NCBI GenBank assembly: GCA_964349945.1
Contig: CAYGIH010000001.1
Span: 3,934-67,933, forward strand
DNA from: an uncultured Candidatus Saccharibacteria bacterium
GTDB lineage: Bacteria; Patescibacteriota; Minisyncoccia; Phycocordibacterales; Zambryskibacteraceae
DNA: 64,000 bases
Direction of reading: 5' to 3'
Positions 18,295 through 26,859 of the stretch are shown here, piece by piece; positions within the stretch are counted from its first letter, which is position 1; the number at the start of each line of letters is the position of its first letter. Under the pieces are notes generated by a model that made no database searches, was not told the DNA's origin, and was given only the letters and a program-made list of their open reading frames with translations. The position numbers were made by a program, and so were the translations under genes.

Positions 18295-20571
18295 ATGAGA
18301 GTTCCTGGAAAATATTTTGATATTTTAATTTTTACACTACCAATAATTTCTGTTTTGTTTATTTTTAGGAATATTATTTTTACAGATAGTATTACATATA
18401 ATGGGGATTTTCTTTTTAATTATTACCCTTATTTTTACTATTTTTCTAAGGGTGCACCACTTATTATTCAAGAGATACTTTCTGGTTTCCCGGGATTTGT
18501 TACTGTTTCGGGAATATGGTTTTATCCTTTAAATAAAATTGCATTTTCTTTTTTAAACCCAATTTACTTTTATAAATATATGACAGTGATAAACATATTA
18601 CTTACATATGTTTTCACATATTTGTATGCTAAAAAAATGAAATTTTCACACCTTACTGCAATTTTTATTTCTTCAGTTTTTGTTTTTTCGGGGCAGTTGA
18701 TGCAGTGGTCTGATACACTGCTTTTAACTTCATGTTACTTTACCTTACCTCTGGCTCTATATTTGTTTGAAATTTCTTTAGAAAAGACAAGTAGGACTAA
18801 ATATATTTATTATGTATTAAGTGGGATGGTTCTTGGTTTTGGTTGGTTATCTAGTCAACCACAATTTGTTGTTTATCAACATATTTTTTTCTTAGTGTAT
18901 ATTTTATTTAAGGTTAAAAAAATTTGGGTTCCAATAATACCTCTTGTGGTATCTTTTTTGGTTGGTTTTCAACAAATTATAGCTATTTTAGCTTTTAAGG
19001 CAGACACGTTTAGAGTTTCTGGTGTCCCTGTCAGCGAATATTTTATTGGAGCATATCTTCCACAAGACCTAATCCACTATGTTTTACCCTTTTTTACTGC
19101 ATCTCCTAAATTATTAGCATTTGGTAGTCCAAATCTGTATATTGGTATATTGCCAATAATTTTACTTTTATTTTCTTTTTTTATTTTTAAAAAAATCCAG
19201 AGTAATTTATTTAAGTTTTATTTTTTTGTTTTTATATTTAGTATATTAGCTTCTATAAAATATTCTCCAGTTGCCTTTTTAATGCACATTTTGCCAGTAC
19301 TCGATAATTTTAGAGAGGCCCCAAGAATAATGTTTATTGGAGAATTTGCTGCTGCATTTATTGTTGGTTTTAGTTTGGACCATATTTTACTCAAAAAAGA
19401 AGAGATCAATTTATTATTAAAAAAATATTTAAAATATATAGAAAAAGTAATTATATATATATTTACTCCTATAATTATTATTGTTTCTTTATTAAAAATA
19501 TTCTTTTTTGATCATTTATTAAATTTTGCAAACAATTTATTTATTGAAAATATATATAGTCAAACCTCCAAGCTGCCAATTGAGTATTATTTTTCTGTTA
19601 TAAAAATTGAGTTAAATCAACTCTTAAATCAGTTTTATATCTTAGATTTTTCGGTAATAATTGCACTTATTTTTATAATAGCTTCTTTGTATTTATTATC
19701 TTCAATCACAACATTATCAGAAAAACATTTTTTGATCGTCTCTATTTTGCTGGTTTTGTTAAATTTTAGTTTTGTTTACGCATTTTATTACAAAACAGTT
19801 TCAATAAAAGATTATCTTTCAGTGCCTAACACAGCACTCTTTATTAAAGACAGAGAGAAAAATAACAAAGAACCATTTAGGATTTATTCGGTCTTTCCAA
19901 ATGACACTGTCTATAAAGAACAAATACGTTGTGGCATGAACGATCAATCAGAAAGCTTAGAGCTTCAAAAAGAACTCATTGTCCCAAATTTAAACATTCT
20001 TTATGATCTGGATGTGGCTGATGGATATGACCAATTTACTCCCAGAAACATTTCTATACTAACAGCAAAATTTGGTTCTGAGCGTGCTCCAACTGGACCA
20101 ACCCTTGCTTCGGAAAAAATTCCAATAGAAGAAAAAATAAAGAAAATTGTTTCTATGAAGAATGTGTTTCAAATGATGAATGTAAAATATATTATTTCTC
20201 ATTATGAGATAAAAGACATTGATTTTAATAAAGTGTATGCAGCCGATGTTGGCAGATGTGGAACAATTGTTTATGTGTATGAATTAAAAAATCACTGGCC
20301 CAGGTATTACTTATCTAATAATAATGATAAAGTTTCTGTACCCGCTAAATATAATAAAAATGGTATGGATTTTGTGATTGATACGACCAATGATACCAAT
20401 TTATATGTTGGTAATACGTTTTTAAGTGGGTGGAGAGTGAGTGTTGATGGTGAGTGGGTAGAGATATCAAATGCGAACCAAGTTTATATGTCAATTCCAG
20501 TTAAAAAAGGTAACCACGAAATATCATTTATTTATAAAGAACCCAGTATTTTTAACTGGCTTAAAAAATGA
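18295..20571 (+). CDS. Large polytopic membrane protein, YfhO-like / GT-C-fold putative glycosyltransferase
   Basis: 758-aa ORF with about 12 or more hydrophobic helices in the first ~500 aa and a soluble C-terminal domain. It lies immediately upstream of GtrA-like and GtrB-like genes. Confidence 0.45.
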   Translation: MRVPGKYFDILIFTLPIISVLFIFRNIIFTDSITYNGDFLFNYYPYFYYFSKGAPLIIQEILSGFPGFVTVSGIWFYPLNKIAFSFLNPIYFYKYMTVINILLTYVFTYLYAKKMKFSHLTAIFISSVFVFSGQLMQWSDTLLLTSCYFTLPLALYLFEISLEKTSRTKYIYYVLSGMVLGFGWLSSQPQFVVYQHIFFLVYILFKVKKIWVPIIPLVVSFLVGFQQIIAILAFKADTFRVSGVPVSEYFIGAYLPQDLIHYVLPFFTASPKLLAFGSPNLYIGILPIILLLFSFFIFKKIQSNLFKFYFFVFIFSILASIKYSPVAFLMHILPVLDNFREAPRIMFIGEFAAAFIVGFSLDHILLKKEEINLLLKKYLKYIEKVIIYIFTPIIIIVSLLKIFFFDHLLNFANNLFIENIYSQTSKLPIEYYFSVIKIELNQLLNQFYILDFSVIIALIFIIASLYLLSSITTLSEKHFLIVSILLVLLNFSFVYAFYYKTVSIKDYLSVPNTALFIKDREKNNKEPFRIYSVFPNDTVYKEQIRCGMNDQSESLELQKELIVPNLNILYDLDVADGYDQFTPRNISILTAKFGSERAPTGPTLASEKIPIEEKIKKIVSMKNVFQMMNVKYIISHYEIKDIDFNKVYAADVGRCGTIVYVYELKNHWPRYYLSNNNDKVSVPAKYNKNGMDFVIDTTNDTNLYVGNTFLSGWRVSVDGEWVEISNANQVYMSIPVKKGNHEISFIYKEPSIFNWLKK

Positions 20572-20972
20572 AAATCATATTGAAATTCATAATTTCTGGT
20601 GGTACAGCTGCTTTCATAAATTTTTCCTCTTTTTTAATATTTACTAAACTTTTTCATTTTTATTACTTAACATCATCAGTACTAGCTTTCATTCTTTCTG
20701 CTGTTACCAGTTTCTGTTTACAAAAAATCTGGACTTTCAAAAATGTTTCTATTGAAAAGTTACACATACAGTTTGGTATTTATTTTAGTATTATTTTATT
20801 GAATTTAACAATTAATACTTCTCTGGTTTATTTATTTGTTGAATATTTATATTTAGGACATTTTGTTTCTCAAGTAATTGCTGGATCAATTTTGGCAATA
20901 GAAAGTTTTTTCATTTTTAAACATATAATATTCAAAAATAAGGTTATTGATTTACCAGAAAAACATATATGA
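20568..20972 (+). CDS. GtrA-family small membrane protein (polyprenyl-phosphate-sugar flippase-associated)
   Basis: 134-aa, 4-TM protein beginning 'KFIISGGTAAFINFSSFLIF', typical of the GtrA family. Confidence 0.65.
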   Translation: MKIILKFIISGGTAAFINFSSFLIFTKLFHFYYLTSSVLAFILSAVTSFCLQKIWTFKNVSIEKLHIQFGIYFSIILLNLTINTSLVYLFVEYLYLGHFVSQVIAGSILAIESFFIFKHIIFKNKVIDLPEKHI

Positions 20973-21682
20973 AATTTGCATTATGTGTACCAACTTATAA
21001 TGAAGAATCGATAATCTTAGATACTATTTTTGAGTTATCAAATATTTTGGATAAATTATCTAAAAATATTCAATGGCAGATTATTATTGCAGATAATGGT
21101 TCTTCAGATAAGACGCGGGAATTAGTGGCATCTCTTAAGACAGATAATGTGTCTGTTATGTCTATCCTTGAAAAAGGTAAGGGGATTGCTATATCAAATG
21201 TGTCAAAAAACATAGATGCAGATTTTTTTGGTTTTATTGATGCTGATTTATCAGCTGATCCTAAGATAATTCCTGAGATGCTTAATTATTTAATATTTGA
21301 AAAATTTGATGTGGTTATTGGCTCTAGGTTTTCAGATAAAACTTTGGTTAGTAGAGGATATTTTAGAAGTGCTTCTTCAAAAATATTTAATTTTTTACAG
21401 TCATTTATTTTAGGTATTCAAGTTTCAGATACTCAATGTGGTATTAAATTGATGAATAGACAAGGAGTTGAAATATTAAAAATTTGTGAAGAAAAAACAT
21501 GGTTTTTGGATTTAGAGTTTCTGGCTTATGCTGAATTAAAAAAGTTAAAAATAGTCGAAGTACCAGTAAGATGGAATGAATTTAGATATAAAAATCGCAA
21601 AAGCAAGCTTCGAGTATGGCAAGATGGATTTTCTGCTATTATTGCTATGTTTAGGGTAAAAATGAGAGTAAATAATATATGA
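20969..21682 (+). CDS. Glycosyltransferase family 2, GtrB/DPM1-like polyprenyl-phosphate sugar synthase
   Basis: 'IIIADNGSSDKT', 'DADLSADP' and 'SRFSDKT'. The size (237 aa) fits the Dpm1/GtrB class. Confidence 0.75.
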   Translation: MKFALCVPTYNEESIILDTIFELSNILDKLSKNIQWQIIIADNGSSDKTRELVASLKTDNVSVMSILEKGKGIAISNVSKNIDADFFGFIDADLSADPKIIPEMLNYLIFEKFDVVIGSRFSDKTLVSRGYFRSASSKIFNFLQSFILGIQVSDTQCGIKLMNRQGVEILKICEEKTWFLDLEFLAYAELKKLKIVEVPVRWNEFRYKNRKSKLRVWQDGFSAIIAMFRVKMRVNNI

Positions 21683-22386
21683 AAAAGAGAGCCTTTCAAC
21701 TACTTTACGACATGGAGAATTCTTGGTGGTATCAAGGAAGAAGAGTTGTTGTATCAAAAATTTTGTCTAAATTTTTGATAAGTAAAGAACGAATATCAAT
21801 ACTAGATTTTGGGGCAGGATATGGCGGCATGTTTGGTTTATTAAATAAATATGGCAACGTTGATGCTTTTGAATTAGATGCAGAAGCAAGAGATTTGTGT
21901 TCCAAACGTGGATACAGAAATGTATTTAATTCTAGAAATATTGCTCTGTCTGAAAAAAATAGGTTTGACCTAATTTCTCTGTTTGATGTTGTTGAACATG
22001 TTGAAAATGATAAAGATTTGATTGATTCTCTTTATAAATTTTTGTCTAAAGATGGACAAGTTGTTATAACAGTTCCAGCATATCAGTGGTTATGGAGTAC
22101 TCACGATATAGAACATAATCATTATAGAAGATATACAAAAGGAAGTATTGCGAGGCTTTTAAAAGAGGTGGGTTTTGAAATTGAATATTCAAGCTATTGG
22201 AATACGTTGCTTTTTTTACCAGCAGCTTTTACCAGAATATTTGGTTTAAGTGGGGAAGGTTCTCTTAAAATGTCAAAATTTTTTGATTCTGTTCTATATA
22301 TTATTGTTCTTATAGAATCAATGCTTATGCCATTTTTATCTTATAATTTTGGTTTGGGAATTATTGTTATCGCAAAAAAGAAATAA
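21679..22386 (+). CDS. Class I SAM-dependent methyltransferase
   Basis: 'ILDFGAGYGG' and 'DLISLFDVVEHVEND'. Confidence 0.7.
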   Translation: MKKRAFQLLYDMENSWWYQGRRVVVSKILSKFLISKERISILDFGAGYGGMFGLLNKYGNVDAFELDAEARDLCSKRGYRNVFNSRNIALSEKNRFDLISLFDVVEHVENDKDLIDSLYKFLSKDGQVVITVPAYQWLWSTHDIEHNHYRRYTKGSIARLLKEVGFEIEYSSYWNTLLFLPAAFTRIFGLSGEGSLKMSKFFDSVLYIIVLIESMLMPFLSYNFGLGIIVIAKKK

Positions 22387-22388
22387 TT

Positions 22389-23615
22389 ATGAAAATATTA
22401 ATTTTATCTGACGATTTTCCTCCCAAAAGTTCTGGTGGGGCTGGGCTGGTAGCTTTTATGCAGGCCAAAGAATTGGCTAACAGGGGGCATAGTGTTTCTG
22501 TTATAACTACTTTTCAAGAAGAGGATTCAGATGAAAAGATTGATTTTGAAGGGATGACTGTTTATAGAATTTACACCAAGTACAACATGTTTTTTCGTGC
22601 GTATATTTCTTTAGTTAATCTTGGAATAATTTTTAAAGTAAAAAATATTTTAAAGGAAATAAAACCAGATGTAGTTCATGCTCACAATGTTCATCAATAT
22701 CTTTCTTACAAGGTTTTAGATTATGCTAAGCAATATTCAAAAAAAGTTTTTATCACCTTTCATGATGTGATGTCTTTTCATTACACTAAGCTTTATCCAA
22801 AAAGAGTGGGAGACAAATTTGATTATAAAGTTTCTTGGATATATCAGTTAAAAAACTTTAGACTTCAATATAATCCATTTAGAAATATTTTAATTAAGAA
22901 ATACCTAAAGAATATAGATCAAAAATTTGCAGTTAGTGGAGCCCTAAAGGATGCCTTAGAGCAGAACGGGATTGGTGGAGTAGAGGTATTGCACAACGGC
23001 TTAAATATCCATGATTTTAAGGAAAATCAGGAGAGAATAAGAGAGTTTAAGGATAAATATGATTTGAATGATAAGAAAGTGTTGTTTTTTTCCGGACGCA
23101 TAAGTCGGGCGAAGGGTATAGATGTCTGTATTAATTTAATTAGAGAGATTTCTAAGACTACACAAAATATTAGAATTTTAATCGCAGGCAAAGAAAATGA
23201 ATATATAAAGTCTCTATTAAATAAAAATGAGAATAAGAGTATTAAAGATAAAATTATTTTTACTGGGTGGTTAAACAGAACAGACGTTGTCTCTGCTTAT
23301 TATTCAGCAGATTTAATCCCTGTTTTGTCACTTTATCTTGACCCATTTCCAACTACAAACTTGGAAGCTATGGCTACAAAAAAATCTGTTCTAGGTACGT
23401 GTTATGGTGGTACACAAGAAATTATTAAAGATGGACTAAATGGTTTTATAGTTAATCCCAACAATTTTGATTTTGTTTTAGAGAAAGCTAAATTACTTAT
23501 TGAAAATAGTAGTATGGCTATAAGGTTTGGTGATGCTGGTTTTGAAAGGCTAAACTCAATGTTTTTGATTAAAAATCAAATTGATAGACTCGAAGATGTA
23601 TATGTCAGAAGTTAA
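22389..23615 (+). CDS. Glycosyltransferase family 1
   Basis: N-terminal 'ILSDDFPPKSSGGAGLVA'. C-terminal 'PFPTTNLEAMATKKSVLGTCYGGTQEIIKDGLNG'. Confidence 0.8.
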   Translation: MKILILSDDFPPKSSGGAGLVAFMQAKELANRGHSVSVITTFQEEDSDEKIDFEGMTVYRIYTKYNMFFRAYISLVNLGIIFKVKNILKEIKPDVVHAHNVHQYLSYKVLDYAKQYSKKVFITFHDVMSFHYTKLYPKRVGDKFDYKVSWIYQLKNFRLQYNPFRNILIKKYLKNIDQKFAVSGALKDALEQNGIGGVEVLHNGLNIHDFKENQERIREFKDKYDLNDKKVLFFSGRISRAKGIDVCINLIREISKTTQNIRILIAGKENEYIKSLLNKNENKSIKDKIIFTGWLNRTDVVSAYYSADLIPVLSLYLDPFPTTNLEAMATKKSVLGTCYGGTQEIIKDGLNGFIVNPNNFDFVLEKAKLLIENSSMAIRFGDAGFERLNSMFLIKNQIDRLEDVYVRS

Positions 23616-23672
23616 TTATCAAATTGAATCTAAACATTTCAATAACAACATTACTGTGATAACCTCATTTAT

Positions 23673-24389
23673 ATGATTCAAGACGCAGTAGAATTTTATG
23701 ATAAGGAAAGCGGTCATTATACAACCAAGAGATATCCTAAGGTGACCTTGAGTTACACTCAATATGTTTTTAAAAAAAGATTGGAAATTTTTCTTAATCA
23801 ATTAGCTGAGATAGAAAAGAATCTTCCTAGGAACGCTACGGTTTTAGAAATAGGTTGTGCAGATGGAATTGTCTTTAAGGCTATGGAGCAAAGATTTCCT
23901 AATAGATTTGTGAAGATGATTGGCATAGATGTTTCCCCAAAAATGATTAGTGAAGCAAAGAAGACTAATACAAACCCTAGAGCAAATTTTTTTCTACGTA
24001 ATGATGTAAAATCAGAAAAATTCGATTTAATTATTGAGCTTGGTATTCATCCATATGATATTAATGGAGAATTAGAGTATGTTAATGATCATTTAAATTC
24101 TAACGGCCATTATTTTTATTCAGCCGTAGGGAGGAAATCAGCATTTGTTGGCTTAAAACTAAAAAGAGAAAAATATTTGGACGATTATAAATCATATAAA
24201 AAATATGAAGAAATATTTAGTAAATATTTTTCAGTAGAAAAAGGTGAGGTTTATGGTTTATTTATACCGAAATTGTGGACAACTCCCTTTTTGGGCCGTA
24301 ATTTACAATCAATTTTTGATTTAATTTTTAAAGAATTATTTCCAGAATTATTTCATGAAAAGATCTATATGCTAAAAAAGTTAGACTAG
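23673..24389 (+). CDS. Class I SAM-dependent methyltransferase
   Basis: 'VLEIGCADGI' (motif I). 238 aa. Confidence 0.6.
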   Translation: MIQDAVEFYDKESGHYTTKRYPKVTLSYTQYVFKKRLEIFLNQLAEIEKNLPRNATVLEIGCADGIVFKAMEQRFPNRFVKMIGIDVSPKMISEAKKTNTNPRANFFLRNDVKSEKFDLIIELGIHPYDINGELEYVNDHLNSNGHYFYSAVGRKSAFVGLKLKREKYLDDYKSYKKYEEIFSKYFSVEKGEVYGLFIPKLWTTPFLGRNLQSIFDLIFKELFPELFHEKIYMLKKLD

Positions 24390-25652
24390 AATACTTTCTC
24401 TTTTTTCTTTAACAAAGTAATACCAGTGAGCAATAAGCATTACTAACCAAGAAATTCCATTTGCAACAACGGCTCCTTCAAGTCCAAATTTATAAATTAA
24501 TATGAAAGTAATAATTAACGTGGAGATGTTACCAATTAAATTAAGTTCATATAGTTTTCTAGTTGCCTTTTTAAGATTAAAATAAATACTAAAAAGGGAA
24601 ATACCCGGGATGGTAATCATGCCCATCATATAAATTTCTGAATAAAATACGGCTTCAATATATTTAGGGAAGAGAATTATGAATATATATTTTGCTATCA
24701 AAATATAAACTAAAATTCCTAGTGCAGTAATAATTGTAAGTTGAGTGAATTTTTTCATCATACTTTGTCTCATTTCAGCATCTGATAATTTTGCATACTT
24801 AGGCATAGCTAACCCAAATATACTTTTAAATACACCCTTTACTTGATCTGGAATGGCTTGTGCGAAGGCATAAATAGCGAGTTGCCATGAACCTAAATAG
24901 TGGAAGATAAAAATTTTATCTATTGTACCAGCAAGTGTTCCAAAAAACCCCATGATGCTCAAATGTTTCCCATAAGGTATGAGAGTGTGGTCATGAGTGT
25001 CGTTTATATGAAATATTTTAAGAGTGTGTCTGTAAGCCCAAATAGTAGAGATGGTGTTCAAAGCGAAATAAGTGAGAACCATAAACACAATATTTTTTGT
25101 GAGTACAGCCACAGTGATGAGTCCTACAGTGTTCAATAACTGAGAACTAACTGCATAAAGAGTTACTTTTTTAAAATCTTTTTTACCCACCAAATAATTT
25201 CCATAAAGAGTGTATGCTTGGCTCAAGGGCAAACTTAAACCAGCGATGAGCATGGAGAATCCGAGCACTGTGTTCCCGCGAGTGAAGTAGTAAGTAGAAA
25301 TACAAAGTGCGACTAATACAATAATAGAACCCCAACGCAATGTTGAACGAACCGCTGTTTTTAGTATTCCTTCAAATCCTTTGGCCACACCTTGAGCGAC
25401 CACAGAACCCATGCCGGTCAAAGATAGACCAGCAAGTATGCTCGTGGTAGCAATGATGAATTTATAGTTTCCATAAATATCCTTGGAGATAAGATTGGCG
25501 AAGAAGAGGGAGCTTATGAAAGCAATGAACGCAGAAAAGACTTGCCCAACTCCAAGCCAAAACCCACCTTGGGCCACGTATATCATGTCTGTTTTAAAGA
25601 AGTTCTCGCTCTTTTTAAGGAGCATGTGGGTGCCCAATTTCAGATTATCCAT
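24381..25652 (-). CDS. Wzx-type oligosaccharide flippase (MOP/polysaccharide biosynthesis protein family)
   Basis: 423-aa ORF with about 12 TM helices and the typical Wzx size and hydropathy profile. Confidence 0.65.
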   Translation of the reverse strand: MDNLKLGTHMLLKKSENFFKTDMIYVAQGGFWLGVGQVFSAFIAFISSLFFANLISKDIYGNYKFIIATTSILAGLSLTGMGSVVAQGVAKGFEGILKTAVRSTLRWGSIIVLVALCISTYYFTRGNTVLGFSMLIAGLSLPLSQAYTLYGNYLVGKKDFKKVTLYAVSSQLLNTVGLITVAVLTKNIVFMVLTYFALNTISTIWAYRHTLKIFHINDTHDHTLIPYGKHLSIMGFFGTLAGTIDKIFIFHYLGSWQLAIYAFAQAIPDQVKGVFKSIFGLAMPKYAKLSDAEMRQSMMKKFTQLTIITALGILVYILIAKYIFIILFPKYIEAVFYSEIYMMGMITIPGISLFSIYFNLKKATRKLYELNLIGNISTLIITFILIYKFGLEGAVVANGISWLVMLIAHWYYFVKEKRESILV

Positions 25653-25674
25653 AGTTTGATGCTACCATATTCTT

Positions 25675-26220
25675 ATGTCCGAAACACAGCCATATAGTAA
25701 AGAATGGTATGAGAACCAAAAGCATGGCGCCTTTAAATCTGCTGAGATAATTTTACCTATAGTGATTGATTTGGTTTCTCCTAAAATATTCAGCGACGCT
25801 GAATATTCGGACGAACGATCGAAAAATCGTTTTAGTCCAAAGTCAGTGGTGGATGTTGGGAGTGGGGTGGGGATGTGGCTCGCATGTTTTCAAACTCTTG
25901 GTGTGAAAGATATTTTAGGTATTGATGGTGATTATATTACAGAAGAACAGCTTCATATCCCAAAAGAAAAATATTTGAATATAGATATTTCTAAGCCTTT
26001 CAATATAGACAAGAAAGCAGACTTGGTTATTTCTCTAGAGGTAGGGGAACATCTTCCAGACTCTTCAGCAGAAGGTTTTGTAGAAAGTCTTACTAAAATC
26101 GCTCCAATAGTTTTGTTTTCCGCAGCCATTCCTCATCAACCGGGGACTGCGCATATAAACTGTCAGTGGCCAGAGTATTGGGCAATTTTGTTTAAAAAGT
26201 TTGGACGAATCCAAAAGTAG
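25675..26220 (+). CDS. Class I SAM-dependent methyltransferase, possibly C-terminally truncated by a frameshift
   Basis: 'VVDVGSGVGMW' and 'LVISLEVGEHLPD'. It has 181 aa, versus 206-235 aa for its paralogs. A +2 frame stays open from 26202 to 26425 with protein-like sequence. Confidence 0.6.
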   Translation: MSETQPYSKEWYENQKHGAFKSAEIILPIVIDLVSPKIFSDAEYSDERSKNRFSPKSVVDVGSGVGMWLACFQTLGVKDILGIDGDYITEEQLHIPKEKYLNIDISKPFNIDKKADLVISLEVGEHLPDSSAEGFVESLTKIAPIVLFSAAIPHQPGTAHINCQWPEYWAILFKKFGRIQK

Positions 26221-26440
26221 AATATTGGTATGCACAAAATACAATTATTTATGTGAAGGTGAGCGAACTTTCAAAATATCCAAAGCTTCAAAAAGAAATC
26301 GAAAATGGTTTTTCAGCAACTCTGCCTCTCGTTCACCCAGAACGATATAGATACGCACTCAAACCCGCCCCAACCATCCTTTTTCGCATCATCCGCAAAT
26401 TCAAAAAAATCCTCAGCGCAAATTAACATTTCCCTTATTA

Positions 26441-26472
26441 ACATTCCAACATTCTCAAGAATGTTGGAATGT
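26441..26472. promoter_or_regulatory. Perfect palindromic operator-like site upstream of the ArsR-family gene
   Basis: ACATTCCAACATTCT-ca-AGAATGTTGGAATGT: 15-bp perfect inverted arms with a 2-bp spacer. It ends 15 nt before the ATG at 26487. Confidence 0.5.
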
Positions 26473-26486
26473 TTTATAATTGATGT

Positions 26487-26774
26487 ATGAAAAATTCAAT
26501 AAAAACAGCCAGGCAAATTGAACGACATATGAAGGGTGTGGCAAATCACTGGAGAATTGAAATACTTCTCTTCATTAATAATAATGACAAAGCGACATTA
26601 GACGAAATTGCAGATGGTTTAAAGATGAATATAAAAACTGCATCAGAACATACTAGACGTTTGGTTCAGTCGGGATTAATTAATAAGACTTACGCTGGTA
26701 GGCAAGTACAACACTCGCTTTCACCTTATGGAAAATTATTTGTTTCCTTCATTAAATCATTCCAACATTCTTAA
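26487..26774 (+). CDS. ArsR/SmtB-family winged-helix transcriptional regulator
   Basis: 95-aa ORF. 'WRIEILLFINNNDKATLDEIADGLKMNIKTASEHTRRLVQSGLI' matches the HTH_20/ArsR pattern. Confidence 0.7.
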   Translation: MKNSIKTARQIERHMKGVANHWRIEILLFINNNDKATLDEIADGLKMNIKTASEHTRRLVQSGLINKTYAGRQVQHSLSPYGKLFVSFIKSFQHS

Positions 26775-26784
26775 GAATATTGGA
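26759..26784. promoter_or_regulatory. Second, near-identical copy of the palindromic operator (one arm mismatch), overlapping the ArsR stop and upstream of the lipase-like gene
   Basis: TTCCAACATTCT-ta-AGAATATTGGAA at 26759-26784. It has the same half-site as the 26441 site. Confidence 0.45.
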
Positions 26785-26859
26785 ATATCCACGATATGAA
26801 GGGTGTGCATAACTTTCTGGAAATAAATACCTGGAGGTATAGGATTAATAACAATATAT

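Noticed and set aside
26305-26490. 61-aa + ORF between the methyltransferase and the ArsR gene.
   Set aside because: No recognizable features. It overlaps the operator palindrome and the ArsR start. It is more likely non-coding or a remnant of the methyltransferase C-terminus.
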